Below are positions 40,568-52,014 of a stretch of 64,000 nt of DNA, in pieces; within the stretch, counting starts at the first letter, position 1; every line of letters begins with the position of its first letter. Location: the NCBI GenBank assembly GCA_963776725.1, contig CAVZOE010000007.1:127592-191591 (forward strand). Reading direction: 5' to 3'. The DNA comes from an uncultured Candidatus Rokubacteria bacterium. GTDB taxonomy: Bacteria; Methylomirabilota; Methylomirabilia; Rokubacteriales; CSP1-6. The notes beneath the pieces are model-generated. The model was not told the origin of the DNA, searched no databases, and was given only the letters and a program-made list of their open reading frames with translations. A program made the translations under genes and the position numbers.

Positions 40568-42355
40568 ATGCCTGATCACCTGTCCATCCTGTGCGTGCAT
40601 GGCATCGGCCATGGTGATGTCGATCCAGCGCTGATCCCGTCCTGGCGCGACGCGATCACCGCCGATCTGCAGCGCTGGAAGCCGGGCCTGGCGGTCGACT
40701 TCAGCTTCCTCAGCTACGACGACGAATTCGACCACGCCCCGCTCAATGCCCTCACGTACGCGGAGGCGGTGGCCAAGCTGGCGGCTAGCGGGATCGTCCA
40801 CGGTATCGGTGACCTGCTGCCGGGCGCCCGCGGGATCTTCGATTTCCCGGACGAGGTCCGCTGGACGGCCGGGATGATCGCCCAGTGGGCGACCGAGGAG
40901 CGTCTGCGGGCGCGACTCCGGACCAAGGTGCTCGACGCGCTGGCGACCGCGCGGGCCGACGTGGTCTGTGCGCACAGTCTGGGCTCGCTCGTCTGCTACG
41001 ACGCCTTCCAGCGCAGCCGCGGCGCGCTGGCCGATCGCGCCCTGGTGACGCTCGGGTCCCAGATCGGCAACCCGTTTGTGCGGGACTGCTTCGCCGGCCG
41101 CATCGAGCCGCTCGGCGCGCGCATGTGGTACCACCTCTTCAATCCTGACGATCGCGTGTTCACCGCCGCGCTGCGCGTCGAGGCGACGAACTTCGTTCAG
41201 ATCGAGGCGAAGTTCGACCGGCCCAATGACATCCTGAACCATGATCCGATCTGGTATTTCAATCATGCCAACAGCCAGAACCGGGTGTGGCTGGATCTCT
41301 CGGGGGTCCGGCCGCCACGGGCGCTGACCCGCGACGTCCGGACCACCCGGGTGTTGCAGTCTCGACCGAGCCGCCGCGCGCTCCTCGTCGGCATCAACGC
41401 GTATCCGAATCCGGCCAACCGGCTCGAGGGTTGTGTGAACGACGTGTTCCTGATGAGCGCGGTCCTGCAGGAGTGTGGCTTCGAGCCGGAAGAGATCCGC
41501 GTGGTGCTCGACGAGCGGGCGACGACCACCAACATCCTGGAACGCTTCCACTGGCTCCTCGATGAGGTGAAAGACGGCGACGAGCGCGTGCTGTTCTACT
41601 CCGGCCACGGCGCCCAGATTCCCGCTTACGGCGCCCACGAGGAGATCGACCATCTCAACGAGTGCCTGGTACCCTACGATTTCGACTGGAGTCCCGATCA
41701 CGCGATCACCGACAAGCAGTTCGTGACGTTCTACAGCCAGCTGCCCTACCGGAGCCAGTTCGCGGCCATCTTCGATTGCTGTCACTCCGGCGGGCTCACG
41801 CGGGAGGGCGGGATGCGCCCGCGCGGCATCGACCCGCCCGACGACATCCGCCATCGGGCGCTCCGGTGGAACCTCGCGCTCGAGATGTGGGAAGAACGCC
41901 CGCTGCCGTCGCCGAATCGTTCGCTCGCCCAGTCACGCGTCGGCCCCGAGTATCTCGGCACGAGCGGCGCCACCTTCCGCATCGGTCGCGCCGTCGGGCT
42001 GCGCGGCCTGCCAAACCGGGTCTACGACCGCGAGTGCGCGGCGCTGGGACATCGTGGCCCTTACCTGCCGATCATCGTCGAGGCGTGCCAGGAACAGGAG
42101 CTCTCGTACGAATACCGCGACGGCGCGACGTCGTACGGCGCCTTCACGTACAGCCTGGCCAAGGAGCTCCGGCGCTCCCGGCAGGCCGGACGCAACCCGA
42201 GCTTCCGGACGCTCGTGCGATTGACCACCGATCGACTTCACGCGCTCAACTACGAGCAGACACCGACCCTCGTCGGCCCGGCGGCCCTTCTGGGTCAGCC
42301 CATCCCCTGGATCGCGCAGCGGCCGACGCCCCGGGCCGTGCGCCGGCGGTCCTAG
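40568..42355 (+). CDS. Fusion protein: N-terminal alpha/beta-hydrolase (GxSxG esterase/lipase-like) plus C-terminal caspase/metacaspase (peptidase C14) domain.
   Basis: Esterase motifs ILCVHGIGHGD and CAHSLGS. Caspase His in FYSGHGAQ and Cys in FDCCHSGG. GAGGAGGAG RBS, 37 nt after the C11 gene stop. Confidence 0.8.
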   Translation: MPDHLSILCVHGIGHGDVDPALIPSWRDAITADLQRWKPGLAVDFSFLSYDDEFDHAPLNALTYAEAVAKLAASGIVHGIGDLLPGARGIFDFPDEVRWTAGMIAQWATEERLRARLRTKVLDALATARADVVCAHSLGSLVCYDAFQRSRGALADRALVTLGSQIGNPFVRDCFAGRIEPLGARMWYHLFNPDDRVFTAALRVEATNFVQIEAKFDRPNDILNHDPIWYFNHANSQNRVWLDLSGVRPPRALTRDVRTTRVLQSRPSRRALLVGINAYPNPANRLEGCVNDVFLMSAVLQECGFEPEEIRVVLDERATTTNILERFHWLLDEVKDGDERVLFYSGHGAQIPAYGAHEEIDHLNECLVPYDFDWSPDHAITDKQFVTFYSQLPYRSQFAAIFDCCHSGGLTREGGMRPRGIDPPDDIRHRALRWNLALEMWEERPLPSPNRSLAQSRVGPEYLGTSGATFRIGRAVGLRGLPNRVYDRECAALGHRGPYLPIIVEACQEQELSYEYRDGATSYGAFTYSLAKELRRSRQAGRNPSFRTLVRLTTDRLHALNYEQTPTLVGPAALLGQPIPWIAQRPTPRAVRRRS

Positions 42356-42406
42356 CGAGTTCCCTTCATCCGAGCGCCGACCGCCGTAGTATCGTGGCGA
42401 CGCGAT

Positions 42407-42548
42407 GCGGGTCGGCGTGGATCTCCTCAACCTCGGGACCGGCGTGGGCCGGACTCGCTGGCGGCCTGCATCGCCGGCGAGGGGGGGCTCGGCCAGACAA
42501 CGATCATGAAGATGAAGAAGCTCGACATCGACGTGCTGAAGCGAGCCT
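42407..42548 (+). pseudogene. Small ORF, possibly frameshifted at a G7 homopolymer.
   Basis: MRVGVDLLNLGTGVGRT... in one frame and ...IAGEGGLGQTTIMKMKKLDIDVLKRA* in another, joined across GGGGGGG at about 42456-42462. Confidence 0.25.
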
Positions 42549-42570
42549 GAGAGCGGGATCGCCCGTCTCG

Positions 42571-43675
42571 ATGAACCTGCCCTTCGCTCCACCTCTCGCG
42601 CCGATGTTGTCCAGCGCCGCCGACGCCTTGCCTGGCGGCGAGGGATGGCAGTTCGAGCCCAAGTGGGACGGCTTTCGAACGCTGGTGTTTCGCGACGGCG
42701 ACGAGATCCTACTGCAGAGCCGCGACGAGAAGCCCATGAACCGATACTTCCCGGAGCTCATCGCCCCACTGGCCGCCACGCTATCCGAACGCTGCGTCGT
42801 CGACGGCGAGATCGTGATCGTCGGGGTCGGCGGGCTCGACTTCGAGGCCCTGCTCTTGCGCATCCATCCCGCCGCGTCGCGGGTGAAGCTGCTCTCCGCG
42901 CAGGCGCCGGCCTCGTTCGTGGCCTGGGATCTGCTCGCGCTGGGCGACGATGACCTGCGCAACGCGCCGCTCGCCGTGCGGCGCGAACGGCTCGAGCACG
43001 TGCTGGCCGGCGCGGCGCCGCCGGTGCACCTCTCGCCGGCTACGCGCGATCGAGCGCTTGCGGCGGACTGGTTCCGCCGCTTCGAGGGCGCCGGGCTCGA
43101 TGGTGTCATGGCAAAGCGTCTCGACGCGCCCTATCGCGCCGGCGAGCGCACGATGATCAAGGTGAAGCACGAGCGCACGGCTGACTGCGTGGTCGCCGGC
43201 TTCCGCTGGCACAAGAAGGGCGCCGGCACGATGATCGGCTCGCTGCTGCTCGGCCTGTACGACGACGATCACACGCTCCACCATGTCGGGGTCGCCGCGG
43301 CGTTCACGGCCACGGTGCGCAAGCAGCTCGTCGTCGAGCTGACGCCGCTGCGCGCGCGACGCGCTCGAAGACCATCCATGGCGGGACTGGGCCGTGGCAC
43401 AGGAGGAAGCCAGCGCGAAGGGACAGCGGCTGCCCGGTGCGACCAGCCGGTGGAACCGCGGCAAGGATCTGAGCTGGGAGCCGCTCCGGCCGGAGCGCGT
43501 CTGTGAGGTCGCGTACGACCACATGCAGGGGACTCGGTTCCGACATGCCGCGCAGTTCGTGCGCTGGCGTCCAGACAAGCGCCCGCAGGACTGCCGCTAC
43601 GATCAGCTGGAAGTCACGCCCGCCTACGAGCTGGAGCGCGTTTTCGGCGCGCGCGACGCCGGCCGCCGGCCCTAG
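42571..43675 (+). pseudogene. ATP-dependent DNA ligase (LigC/LigD ligase-domain type). One apparent frameshift near 43340-43400.
   Basis: Adenylation motif FEPKWDGFR (KxDG). The C-terminal OB region ...RFRHAAQFVRWRPDKRPQDC is in a second frame. Confidence 0.75.
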
Positions 43676-43775
43676 AGCCGAACCCTCCCACCGCCGGGCC
43701 GGTTCCACGCCGGCCCTCTGTGGTACCGTCTACGCGCCACACGGAAGCCAGCCTCTTTCGTGAGAGGGATTCGAC

Positions 43776-44611
43776 GTGACGACGTGGAGCTCCGGCGCGA
43801 GCCGGCCCGAGCAGGACGGCCTGCAGTACCACATCCGCTGCCGCCCGGGTGACGTCGCCCGCTACGTGCTCCTGCCCGGCGATCCCGCTCGCGTGCCGCT
43901 GATCGCCGCGCGCTGGGCCGAGGCGACGCGAGATCGCGGTCGAGCGCGAGCACGTCACCTTCACCGGGCGCCTGCGCGGATGGCGGCCCCATCTCCGCCT
44001 GCTCCACCGGCGCCGGCGGACCGTCCACCGCGAGCGCGCTCGAAGAGCTCATCGCCATCGGCGCCGACACGTTCATCCGCGTGGGGACCTGCGGCGCCAT
44101 CCAGCGCGAGATCGAGTGCGGCGACGTGATCATTCACACCGCGGCCGTGCGCCTGGACGGCACCAGCCCGCAGTACGTGCAGATCGAGTACCCGGCGGCC
44201 GCGCACTACCTCGTGGTCCTGGCCCTGATCCAGGCGGCCGAGGAGCTCGGCGTGCGCTACCACCTCGGCGTGTCGGCCTCGACCGCGTCGTTCTACACGG
44301 GGCAGGGACGTCCGGGCTGGCAGGGCTACACCCAGGGCTGGACCGAGCAGATCGTGCCCGATCTGCAGCGCGCCGGCGTGCTGAACTTCGAGATGGAGGC
44401 GGCCACCATCTTCACGATGCTCGGGCTCTACGGCCTGCGCGGAGGCAGCGTCTGCGCGGTGGCCGCCAATCGCGTCACCGACACCTTCAAGAAGGACGGC
44501 GTCGAGACCTCGATCGACGTGGCCAATCGCGCGGTACGGATCCTCCAGACCTGGGACGCCGAGGTCGCCGCCCGCGGCAAGACGACCTGGTATCCCGGGC
44601 TCCACCGTTGA
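43776..44611 (+). pseudogene. Nucleoside phosphorylase (PNP/UDP family 1), about two frameshifts.
   Basis: N-terminus ...[24 protein letters not shown]... and C-terminal body ...VLNFEMEAATIFTMLGLYGLRGGSVCAV... lie in different frames. Confidence 0.65.
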
Positions 44612-44631
44612 CGACAGAAAGGAACTCGATC

Positions 44632-45644
44632 ATGGGCGCTCTCTCGCGTCGCGCATTCCTCGGCCGGGCCAGCGTGGTGACGCTGGCGCTCAGCCGGCCA
44701 CTCTTGCCCTGGACGGCGCAGGCCGCGAAGCCCGAGAACATCAGCATGCGGCTGGGCTGGCTGGCCAACGCCCAGTACGCCGGCGATTTCGTGGCGCTCG
44801 ACAAGGGCTGGTTCAAGGAGCGCGGGGTCGAGCTCAAGATCGAGCCGGGCGGGCCGAGCATCGACCCGATCTCGCTGACCGCGGGCGGCTCGAGCACGAT
44901 CGGCAACGTGGCGTCGATCGCCGCGCTGATCCTGGCCCGATCGAACGGCCTGCCGGTCAAGGCCTTCGGCACCGCGCTGCAGCGCCATCCCTTCGCCTTC
45001 ATCACGCTGGACAAGAGCATCAACTCGCCCAAGGACTTCGTGGGCAAGAAGATCGGGATCCAGGCCACCGCCCGGCCGCTCATCAACGCGGTGATCGCCA
45101 AGTACCAGCTGCCGCGCGACCAGGTCCAGGTGCAGGTGATCGGCTCCGACACGCTGCCGCTCAAGACGGGCCAGGTGGACATCATCACGGGCTGGGTGAT
45201 CGACGCGCCACAGATGGCGGCGGTCGGTCCCGACGCCAGGGCGTTCCTGCTCTGGGACATGGGGATCCGCCTCTACGCCTTCACCTACTTCACGACGGAC
45301 GAGGTGCTGAAGACGCGCGGGCGACATGCTCGCGGATTTCCTCGGCGCCAGCGCGAAGGGGCTGGGAGTGGGCGGCCGATCATCCCGAGGAGGCCGTCGA
45401 CATCGTGCTGAAGTACGCGCGCGATCTCAAGCGCGACCTCGAGATCGCCACCTGGAAGCGCGAGACGCCGTTTCTCTGGTCGGACAAGACCAAGACGAAC
45501 GGGTGGGCCTGGATGGAGCCGCAGGTGTGGGACGACGCCATCAAGATCTACGCCGACCTGGGCTTGCTGAAGGCGCCCGTCACCTCGAAGGACACGATGA
45601 CGCAGGACGTCCTCCAGCGTGTCGACGGCCGGCCCAAGCGCTAG
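44632..45644 (+). pseudogene. NMT1/THI5-like (SsuA/TauA-type) ABC substrate-binding protein with Tat signal, frameshifted near 45320-45400.
   Basis: Tat signal MGALSRRAFLGRASVVTLAL. The C-terminus MLKYARDLKRDLEIATWKRETPFLW... is in another frame. Confidence 0.65.
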
Positions 45645-45678
45645 CGGAGCCGGCGCGGCGGCCCCCGGCCGGGATCCG

Positions 45679-46438
45679 CGTGGAGGGCGTGGGGATGACG
45701 TTCTCCACGCCGGCCGGTCCGGTGCAGGCGCTGGCGAACGCGAGCCTGACGATCGCGCCGCGCGAGTTCGTCTCGCTGCTGGGCCCGTCCGGCTGCGGCA
45801 AGTCCACGCTGCTCCGGCTCGTGGCCGACATCCTCGCGCCCACCGAGGGGCGCATCGAGGTCGGCGGTGAGCCGCCGGTCGTCGCGCGCCGCCGCCGGGT
45901 CTTCGGCTTCGTGTTCCAGGACTCCACGCTCTTGCCCTGGCGGAACACGCTGCAGAACGTGCTGCTGCCGCTCGAGATCGGCGGCGATGCGCGCGCGCGG
46001 GCGCGCCGACGCGCTTGGCGCTGCTCGAGCTGGTCGGGCTGCGCGGCTTCGACGCGGCCTATCCGTGGCAGCTGTCGGGCGGGATGAAGCAGCGCGTCGC
46101 CATCGCGCGGGCGCTCATCACGAAGCCACAGGTGCTCCTGATGGACGAGCCGTTCGGCGCGCTCGACGAGATCACCCGCGAGCACATGAACCAGGAGCTG
46201 CTGCGGATCTGGGAGGCGACGGGGACGACGATCCTCTTCGTCACCCACAGCTCGCCGGAGGCGGTGTTTCTCTCCGATCGCGTGCTGGTCCTCGGCGCGC
46301 GGCCCGGGCGCGTGAAGCTCGATCTGCCGATCGCAGCTGCCCCGACCGCGCGACCCCGCCGTCAAGGAGACCGTGGAGTTCGCCCGGCACACCGCCGCGC
46401 TGCGCCGGGCGCTGGCGGGCGAGGCGCGGCCGGAATAG
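45679..46438 (+). pseudogene. ABC transporter ATP-binding protein (SsuB/TauB type), frameshifted.
   Basis: GPSGCGKSTLLRL and [15 protein letters not shown] lie in different frames. Confidence 0.7.
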
Positions 46439-47240
46439 TGGCGCTGGCGCGGCCGAACGCTCAGCCGGCGCCCTCGCGGCTCTTCGTCCGCCGGTACGTG
46501 CTGCCCGCGGCGGGGATCCTGGCCCTCCTGCTCGCGTGGGAGCTCTACATCCGCCTCTCCCACGTGCCCCACTACCTGATGCCGGCGCCGTCGGTGATCG
46601 GCGTGGACGCTGGTCGACGAATGGCCGACGATCCAGCGCAACGTGGGCCGCACGCTGGTCGAGGCGCGTCGGCGGCTTCGTCGCTCGGCAACGGCTTCGC
46701 CGTCCTGCTCGCCATCGTGTTCGTGCACAGCCCGACGGTCCAGCGCTTCCTGTATCCGGTCGCGGTCGCCATCCGCACCGTGCCCATCATCGCGATCGCG
46801 CCCATCCTCGTCCTGCTGCTCGGCAACGGCTACGCGCCGAAGGTCGTCATCGCCGCGCTTGATCTCGTTCTTTCCCACGCTCGTCAACATGGTGCGCGGC
46901 CTCGAGGCGGTGGAGCCCTCGGCGCTCGAGCTGATGCGCGTGCTCTCGGCGAACCGCCGCCAGGTGTTCTTCAAGCTGCGCCTGCCGTCCTCGCTGCCGT
47001 TCCTGTTCTCCGCGCTCAAGATCGCCACCGCCTCCTGCGTGATCGGCGCCATCGTCGCCGAGTGGGTGGGCGCCGACACGGGCCTCGGCTATCTGATCAT
47101 CGTCGCCACGTTCGAGTTCCGGACCGGCCTGCTCTACGCCACCACCGCGGTGGGCTCGTTCCTGGCGCTCAGCGTTCTTCCTCGTCGTCGTGCTGCTCGA
47201 GAAGGCGGTCGTCCGCTGGAAGCCGGAGACGCCGGCCACG
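46438..47240 (+). pseudogene. ABC transporter permease (SsuC/TauC type), frameshifted.
   Basis: The ABC permease EAA-loop-like segment ([15 protein letters not shown]...) lies in a different frame from the N-terminus. Confidence 0.6.
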
Positions 47241-48556
47241 TGAGCTCCGGCGAGCGCGGCGCGATCATCCGTGCTGGTCGCCGATCAGGTCCTCACGCTC
47301 GACGCCGGCGGCGACGATCCACGCGCCCGGGCGCCGTCACCATCGAGGGGGCGGAGATCCGCGCCGTCGGGCCGCCGCCGTCGACGCCCGGCCGGCGAGG
47401 TCGTCGATCTGCGCGGCTGCGTGCTGCTGCCCGGGCTCGTCAACACCCACACGCACACGCCGATGTGGGTCTTCCGCGGCCTCACCGAGGACGTGCCGCG
47501 CGGCGAGTGGCTCACCGGGCCGCTTGCTGCCGCTGGAGCGGCGGCTCGGCCCGGACGATCTCCGGTGCGGCGCGCTGGCCGGCTGCCTCGAGCTGCTCCA
47601 GAACGGCGTGACGACCATCGCCGATCGCTACGGCCACATGGACGCGGTGGCGACGGCGGTGGAGGCGAGCGGACTCCGCGCGGTGGTTGGCCACTCGCTC
47701 TTCGATCGCTCGGCCGAGGCCGATCTCGCGCGGTCCGAGGCGCTCGTCGAGCGGTTCGGTACCGATCCCGCGCGCTCGCGCGTGTGGGCCGGGCTGGCGC
47801 CCCACGCGACCGACAGCTGCGGTCCCGAGCTGCTGCGCCGCGTGCGGCGCCTCGCCGATCGCACCGGCGCGCGCGTGTTCATCCACTGGCCCAGTCCGAG
47901 GAAGAGGTCGCGACGGTGGCGGCGCGCGGGCCACCGGGTGCGCGAGCTATCTCGATGCGCTCGGGCTCCTGCGCGCCCGAGGTCGTGGTGGCCCACGCCA
48001 CCTACCTGTCAGCGACGCCGAGGCGGATCTGGTCGGGGCGCGGCGCACGGCCGTGGCCCACTGCCCGTCGAGCAACGCCAAGCTCGAGGGCCGCGTGGCC
48101 CCGATCGCCCGCATGCGGCGGGCCGGCGCGGTGGTCGGGCTCGGCACCGACGCCGCGTGCTGCAACAACGGGATGGATCTCTTCGACGAGATGAAGATTG
48201 CCGGGCTCCTCAACAAGGTGGCGGCCGACGATCCCGCCGCGCTGCCGGCGCTCGACATCCTGCGCGCCGCCACCTCCGAGGCGGCCCGCGCGCTCGGGAT
48301 CGATCACCTGGTCGGCACGCTCGAGCCCGGCAAGCGCGCCGACGTCATCGCGGTGCGCACGCGCGGCGCGCATCTGCGCCCGTGGCACGATCCCGTGGCC
48401 AATCTCGTCTACGCCGCGAGGGGATCGGACGTGACGGCCGTCTTCGTGGACGGCCGGCCGCTGCTGCGTGAGCGCCGGCTCGTGGAGCTCGACGCCGAAC
48501 GCATCCTGGCCGACGCGACGCAGGCCGCGCGGGTGCTCGCCGATGCCCGGGCCTGA
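47240..48556 (+). pseudogene. Amidohydrolase of the MtaD/TRZ-ATZ deaminase family (5'-methylthioadenosine/SAH or guanine deaminase-like). At least four frameshifts.
   Basis: HTHTPM metal motif, the VAHATYLS region and a C-terminal ...DAERILADATQAARVLADARA*, spread over several frames. Confidence 0.55.
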
Positions 48557-49515
48557 GCGCTTCCGCCGCCTGCCGAAGGTCGAGCTGCACCTTCACGCCG
48601 CCGGCTCCGTGCGTCCCGCGACGATGCGCGAGCTCGTCGCCGCCGACCGGCTGCCGCCGGCGCTCGGCGAGCGCTATGCCACCGCCGCCCGCGGTGAAGG
48701 GCTTGCCGCCTACCTCGCGCGCTTCGCCGCCTGGGACGCGACCGTGAGCTCGCCGGAGCGTCTGGCCCGCATCGTCGCCGAGCTGATCGAGGACCTGAGC
48801 GCCGACGGCGTCGCCTACGCGGAAGTACGGCTGCGCCCCCCGACGGAGGACGACGGTCTCTGGCACGCCATGATGGAATCCGCGATCGCAGACCGCGCGG
48901 GCGGTGGCGGCACCGGCCGTCGAGTTCATCGCGGTGATGCTCCGCGGCTGGAGCGAGGAGCGCGCGGTGCGCGAGGCGCGCCGGGCGGCGGTGTGGGCCG
49001 GGCGCGGCATCGTCGCGCTCGACATCGCCGGCGACGAGGCGATCGGCGCGTTCGCGACGCTGGCGCCGGCGGTGCGCGTGGCGCGCGAGGCCGGCCTCGC
49101 CATCGATACGCACGCCGGTGAGACGGGCGGGGCGCGCCGCGATGCGCGAGGCACTCGCGCTGCTCGCGCCCGACCGCATCGCCCACGGCGTCGGCGTCGT
49201 CCAGGATGCCCGAGCTCGTCTCCGAGGTGCGTGACGCGCGGGCTGCACCTGGCGATGGCGCTGACGAGCAACACGCAGACGGGCACGGTGCCCGACCCCG
49301 CGCGCCATCCGTTCGCGGCGCTGCTCCGCGGCGGCGTGAGCGTCGGCCTGAACACGGACAACCGCACGATCTCCGGGACGACGCTCTCCGACGAGTACGC
49401 GCTGGCGGCCGACACGCTCGGGCTGACCTGGGCGGAGCTGGCGCGTGCCGCGAAGCTGGCGGCCGAGGCCACCTTCGCCCCCGCCGAGGTCCGACGACGG
49501 CTGGCGCAAGCGTGA
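48543..49515 (+). pseudogene. add: Adenosine deaminase (Add family), frameshifted.
   Basis: LPKVELHLHAAGS signature at the N-terminus. The C-terminal part is in another frame (...GLNTDNRTISGTTLSDEYALAA...). Confidence 0.7.
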
Positions 49516-49558
49516 GCGATGCGTGGGCTCGCTCGGCGCCGGGGAGTAGGCACGTGAC

Positions 49559-50541
49559 ATGCTGATCGAGCGCATCGACTCGAGCGTGGTGTACGACGGG
49601 CCGCGGGCGACGCTGGCCACGGTGACCGGCAGCCCGGTGTGGGGTCTCGGCGACGGCTTCGCCGCGTTCGCCGAGCGCCAGGGGTATCGCGTACTCGGCA
49701 TGCACCGTCCGATGACGCCGTACGGGCTCGGCCCGCAGGTGGAGTCGTACGAAGCGCCCGGCGGCGCGCGCGTGCTGCGCATCCCGAGCTACGGCATGGT
49801 CGCCGGCGAAGACTGGTCGCTGCGCGCGGCGGAGTGGAAGGTGTTCTGGATTCTCTGGAAGGCCGGGCGTCCAGGTCCTGCTCGTCGGCGGCACCAGCGG
49901 CACGTGCGACTGGCGTGACGGCGAGGAGGCCGTGCGCCCCGGCGACCTGGTGCTGCCGTGGACCTATCTGAGCCTCGACGCCGTGCCCTCGGGCCTTCCC
50001 GGCACCGAGCTCGAGAACGTGCTCGCCGAGCGCGTGGCCCTGATGGACGAGCCGTTCTGTCCGTCGCTTTCCCGCGAGATCATCCGCGAGGTCGCCGGGC
50101 TCGAGAAGGCTCGCTTCCGCCGGGTCCACGGTCAGGACGCGCGCGTCGTGCTGCACCGCTGGCAGTACGGCGCGGGCTTCGAGTCGGCCGGCTACTCGCT
50201 CTTCTTGACGGGAGTACGGGCGCAGCGCGGGTCACCCGGTGATCACCGGTGATTGCGTGAGCCCGGTGCTCGCGCGCGTGTGCGGCATGCACCTCGGCTA
50301 CTACCATTTCCCGTCGAACTGGGCCGAGGGGCTCCGGCCGCAGAACCTCACCGGCACGCTCGACGCGCTCTACCTCGAGACGCTGCCCGAGGTCGCCGCC
50401 TCGCTCGAGCTCCGGCTGCTCGCGCGCGTGGCCACGCCGACGGACTGCCGTTGCCGTCAGCTCCTGCGGCCCCGGCCCGCCGAGTACCGGCGGGCGCTGA
50501 GTCCCCCCGCGAATCCTGGGCCGAGCGCGGAGCGAGGATGA
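49559..50541 (+). pseudogene. MTA/purine nucleoside phosphorylase family 2 (MtnP/MTAP-like), frameshifted.
   Basis: Segments resembling MTAP (...VLLVGGTSGTCDW..., MDEPFCPSLSREIIRE, comparable to human MTAP MAEPFCPKTREVLIE) in two to three frames. Confidence 0.5.
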
Positions 50542-52014
50542 GCCGATCTCCGATGTCCGGCCGGAGCGAGCTGAGGGCCATCGCGCGACGGGCGATGATC
50601 GAGCGCGGGCTGTTGCCGGAGTTTTCTCCCGCGGTCCTGACCGAGGCCGACGCAATCGCGAAGCCGGCCACCGAGAAGGACCCCTCGATCCGCGATCTGC
50701 GCGACCTCCTGTGGTGCTCGATCGACAACGACGATTCCCGGGACCTCGACCAGCTGTCGGTCGCCGAGCCGATGGTGGGGGGAGCGGTGAAGATCCGCGT
50801 CGCGGTCGCCGACGTCGATGCGCTCGTGAAGACCGGCTCGGCCATCGACGACCACGCCCGGACCAACACGACGTCCGTGTACACCGCCGCCGAGATCTTT
50901 CCGATGCTGCCCGAGAAGCTCTCGACGGACCTGACGTCCCTTGGTCGAGGATCAGGTCCGCCTGGCGATCGTGATCGAGATGCAGGTCGCGGCCGACGGG
51001 GCGGTCATCGGGTCCGACGTCTACCGCGCCGTCGTGCTGAATCGGGCGAAGCTCGCGTACAACAGCGTGGCCGCCTGGCTCGAGGGCACGGCGCCCGCGC
51101 CGCCTCGCCTCGCGGCGGTGCCGGGGCTCGACCAGCAGCTCCGCACTCAAGACAAGGTCGCCCAGGCGATGAAGGGCCTCCGGCACCAGCACGGCGCCCT
51201 GAGCCTGGACACGCTCGAGGCCCGGGTGGTCTTCGACGGCGACGCACTCGCGGATCTGCGGCCCGACGACAAGAATCGGGCCAAGGAGCTGATCGAGGAT
51301 TTCATGGTCGCGTCCAACGAGGTGACGGCGAAGTATCTCGAGGGCAAGGGGTGTCCGTCGCTGCGGCGGATCCTGAGAGCGCCCGAGCGCTGGGAGCGGA
51401 TCGTCGAGCTCGCCGCCGCCCTCGGCGGCCACCTGCCTCCACAGCCGAGCGCACGCGCTCTCGAAGACTTCCTCGCCGAGCGCCGCCAGGCGGATCCGCT
51501 TCGGTTCCCCGATCTCTCACTGTCGGTGGTCAAGCTCCTGGGCTCGGGCGAGTACGTCGTCGAGCTTCCCGGGCAAGCGGTGGACGGACACTTCGGGCTC
51601 GCCGTGAGGAACTACTCGCACTCGACGGCCCCCAATCGGCGCTTCCCGGATCTCGTCACGCAGCGGTTACTGAAGGCAGCGCTGGCGGGTCGGCCGTTGC
51701 CCTACGCCATCGACGAGCTCGTGGGGCTGGCGCGTCACTGCACCGAGCAAGAGGACAACGCGGACAAGGTGGAGCGCCAGGTACGGAAATCGGCGGCGGC
51801 GCTCCTGCTCGCTCCGCGGATCGGGCAGCGCTTCGACGCGATCGTCACCGGAGCGTCCGGCAAGGGTACGTGGGTGCGCATCCTGAGGCCGGCGGCGGAG
51901 GGGAAAGTCGTGCGGGGCTTCCAGGGGCTCGACGTCGGCGATCGGGTACGCGTGGAGCTCGTCCACACCGACGCCGAGCGCGGCTTCGTCGACTTCTCCC
52001 GCGTTACCGACTGA
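50538..52014 (+). pseudogene. RNB-domain exoribonuclease (RNase II/R family, short form), frameshifted near 50940.
   Basis: RNB motif WCSIDNDDSRDLDQ. The C-terminal S1-like region ...GTWVRILRPAAEGKVVRG... is in a second frame. Confidence 0.7.
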
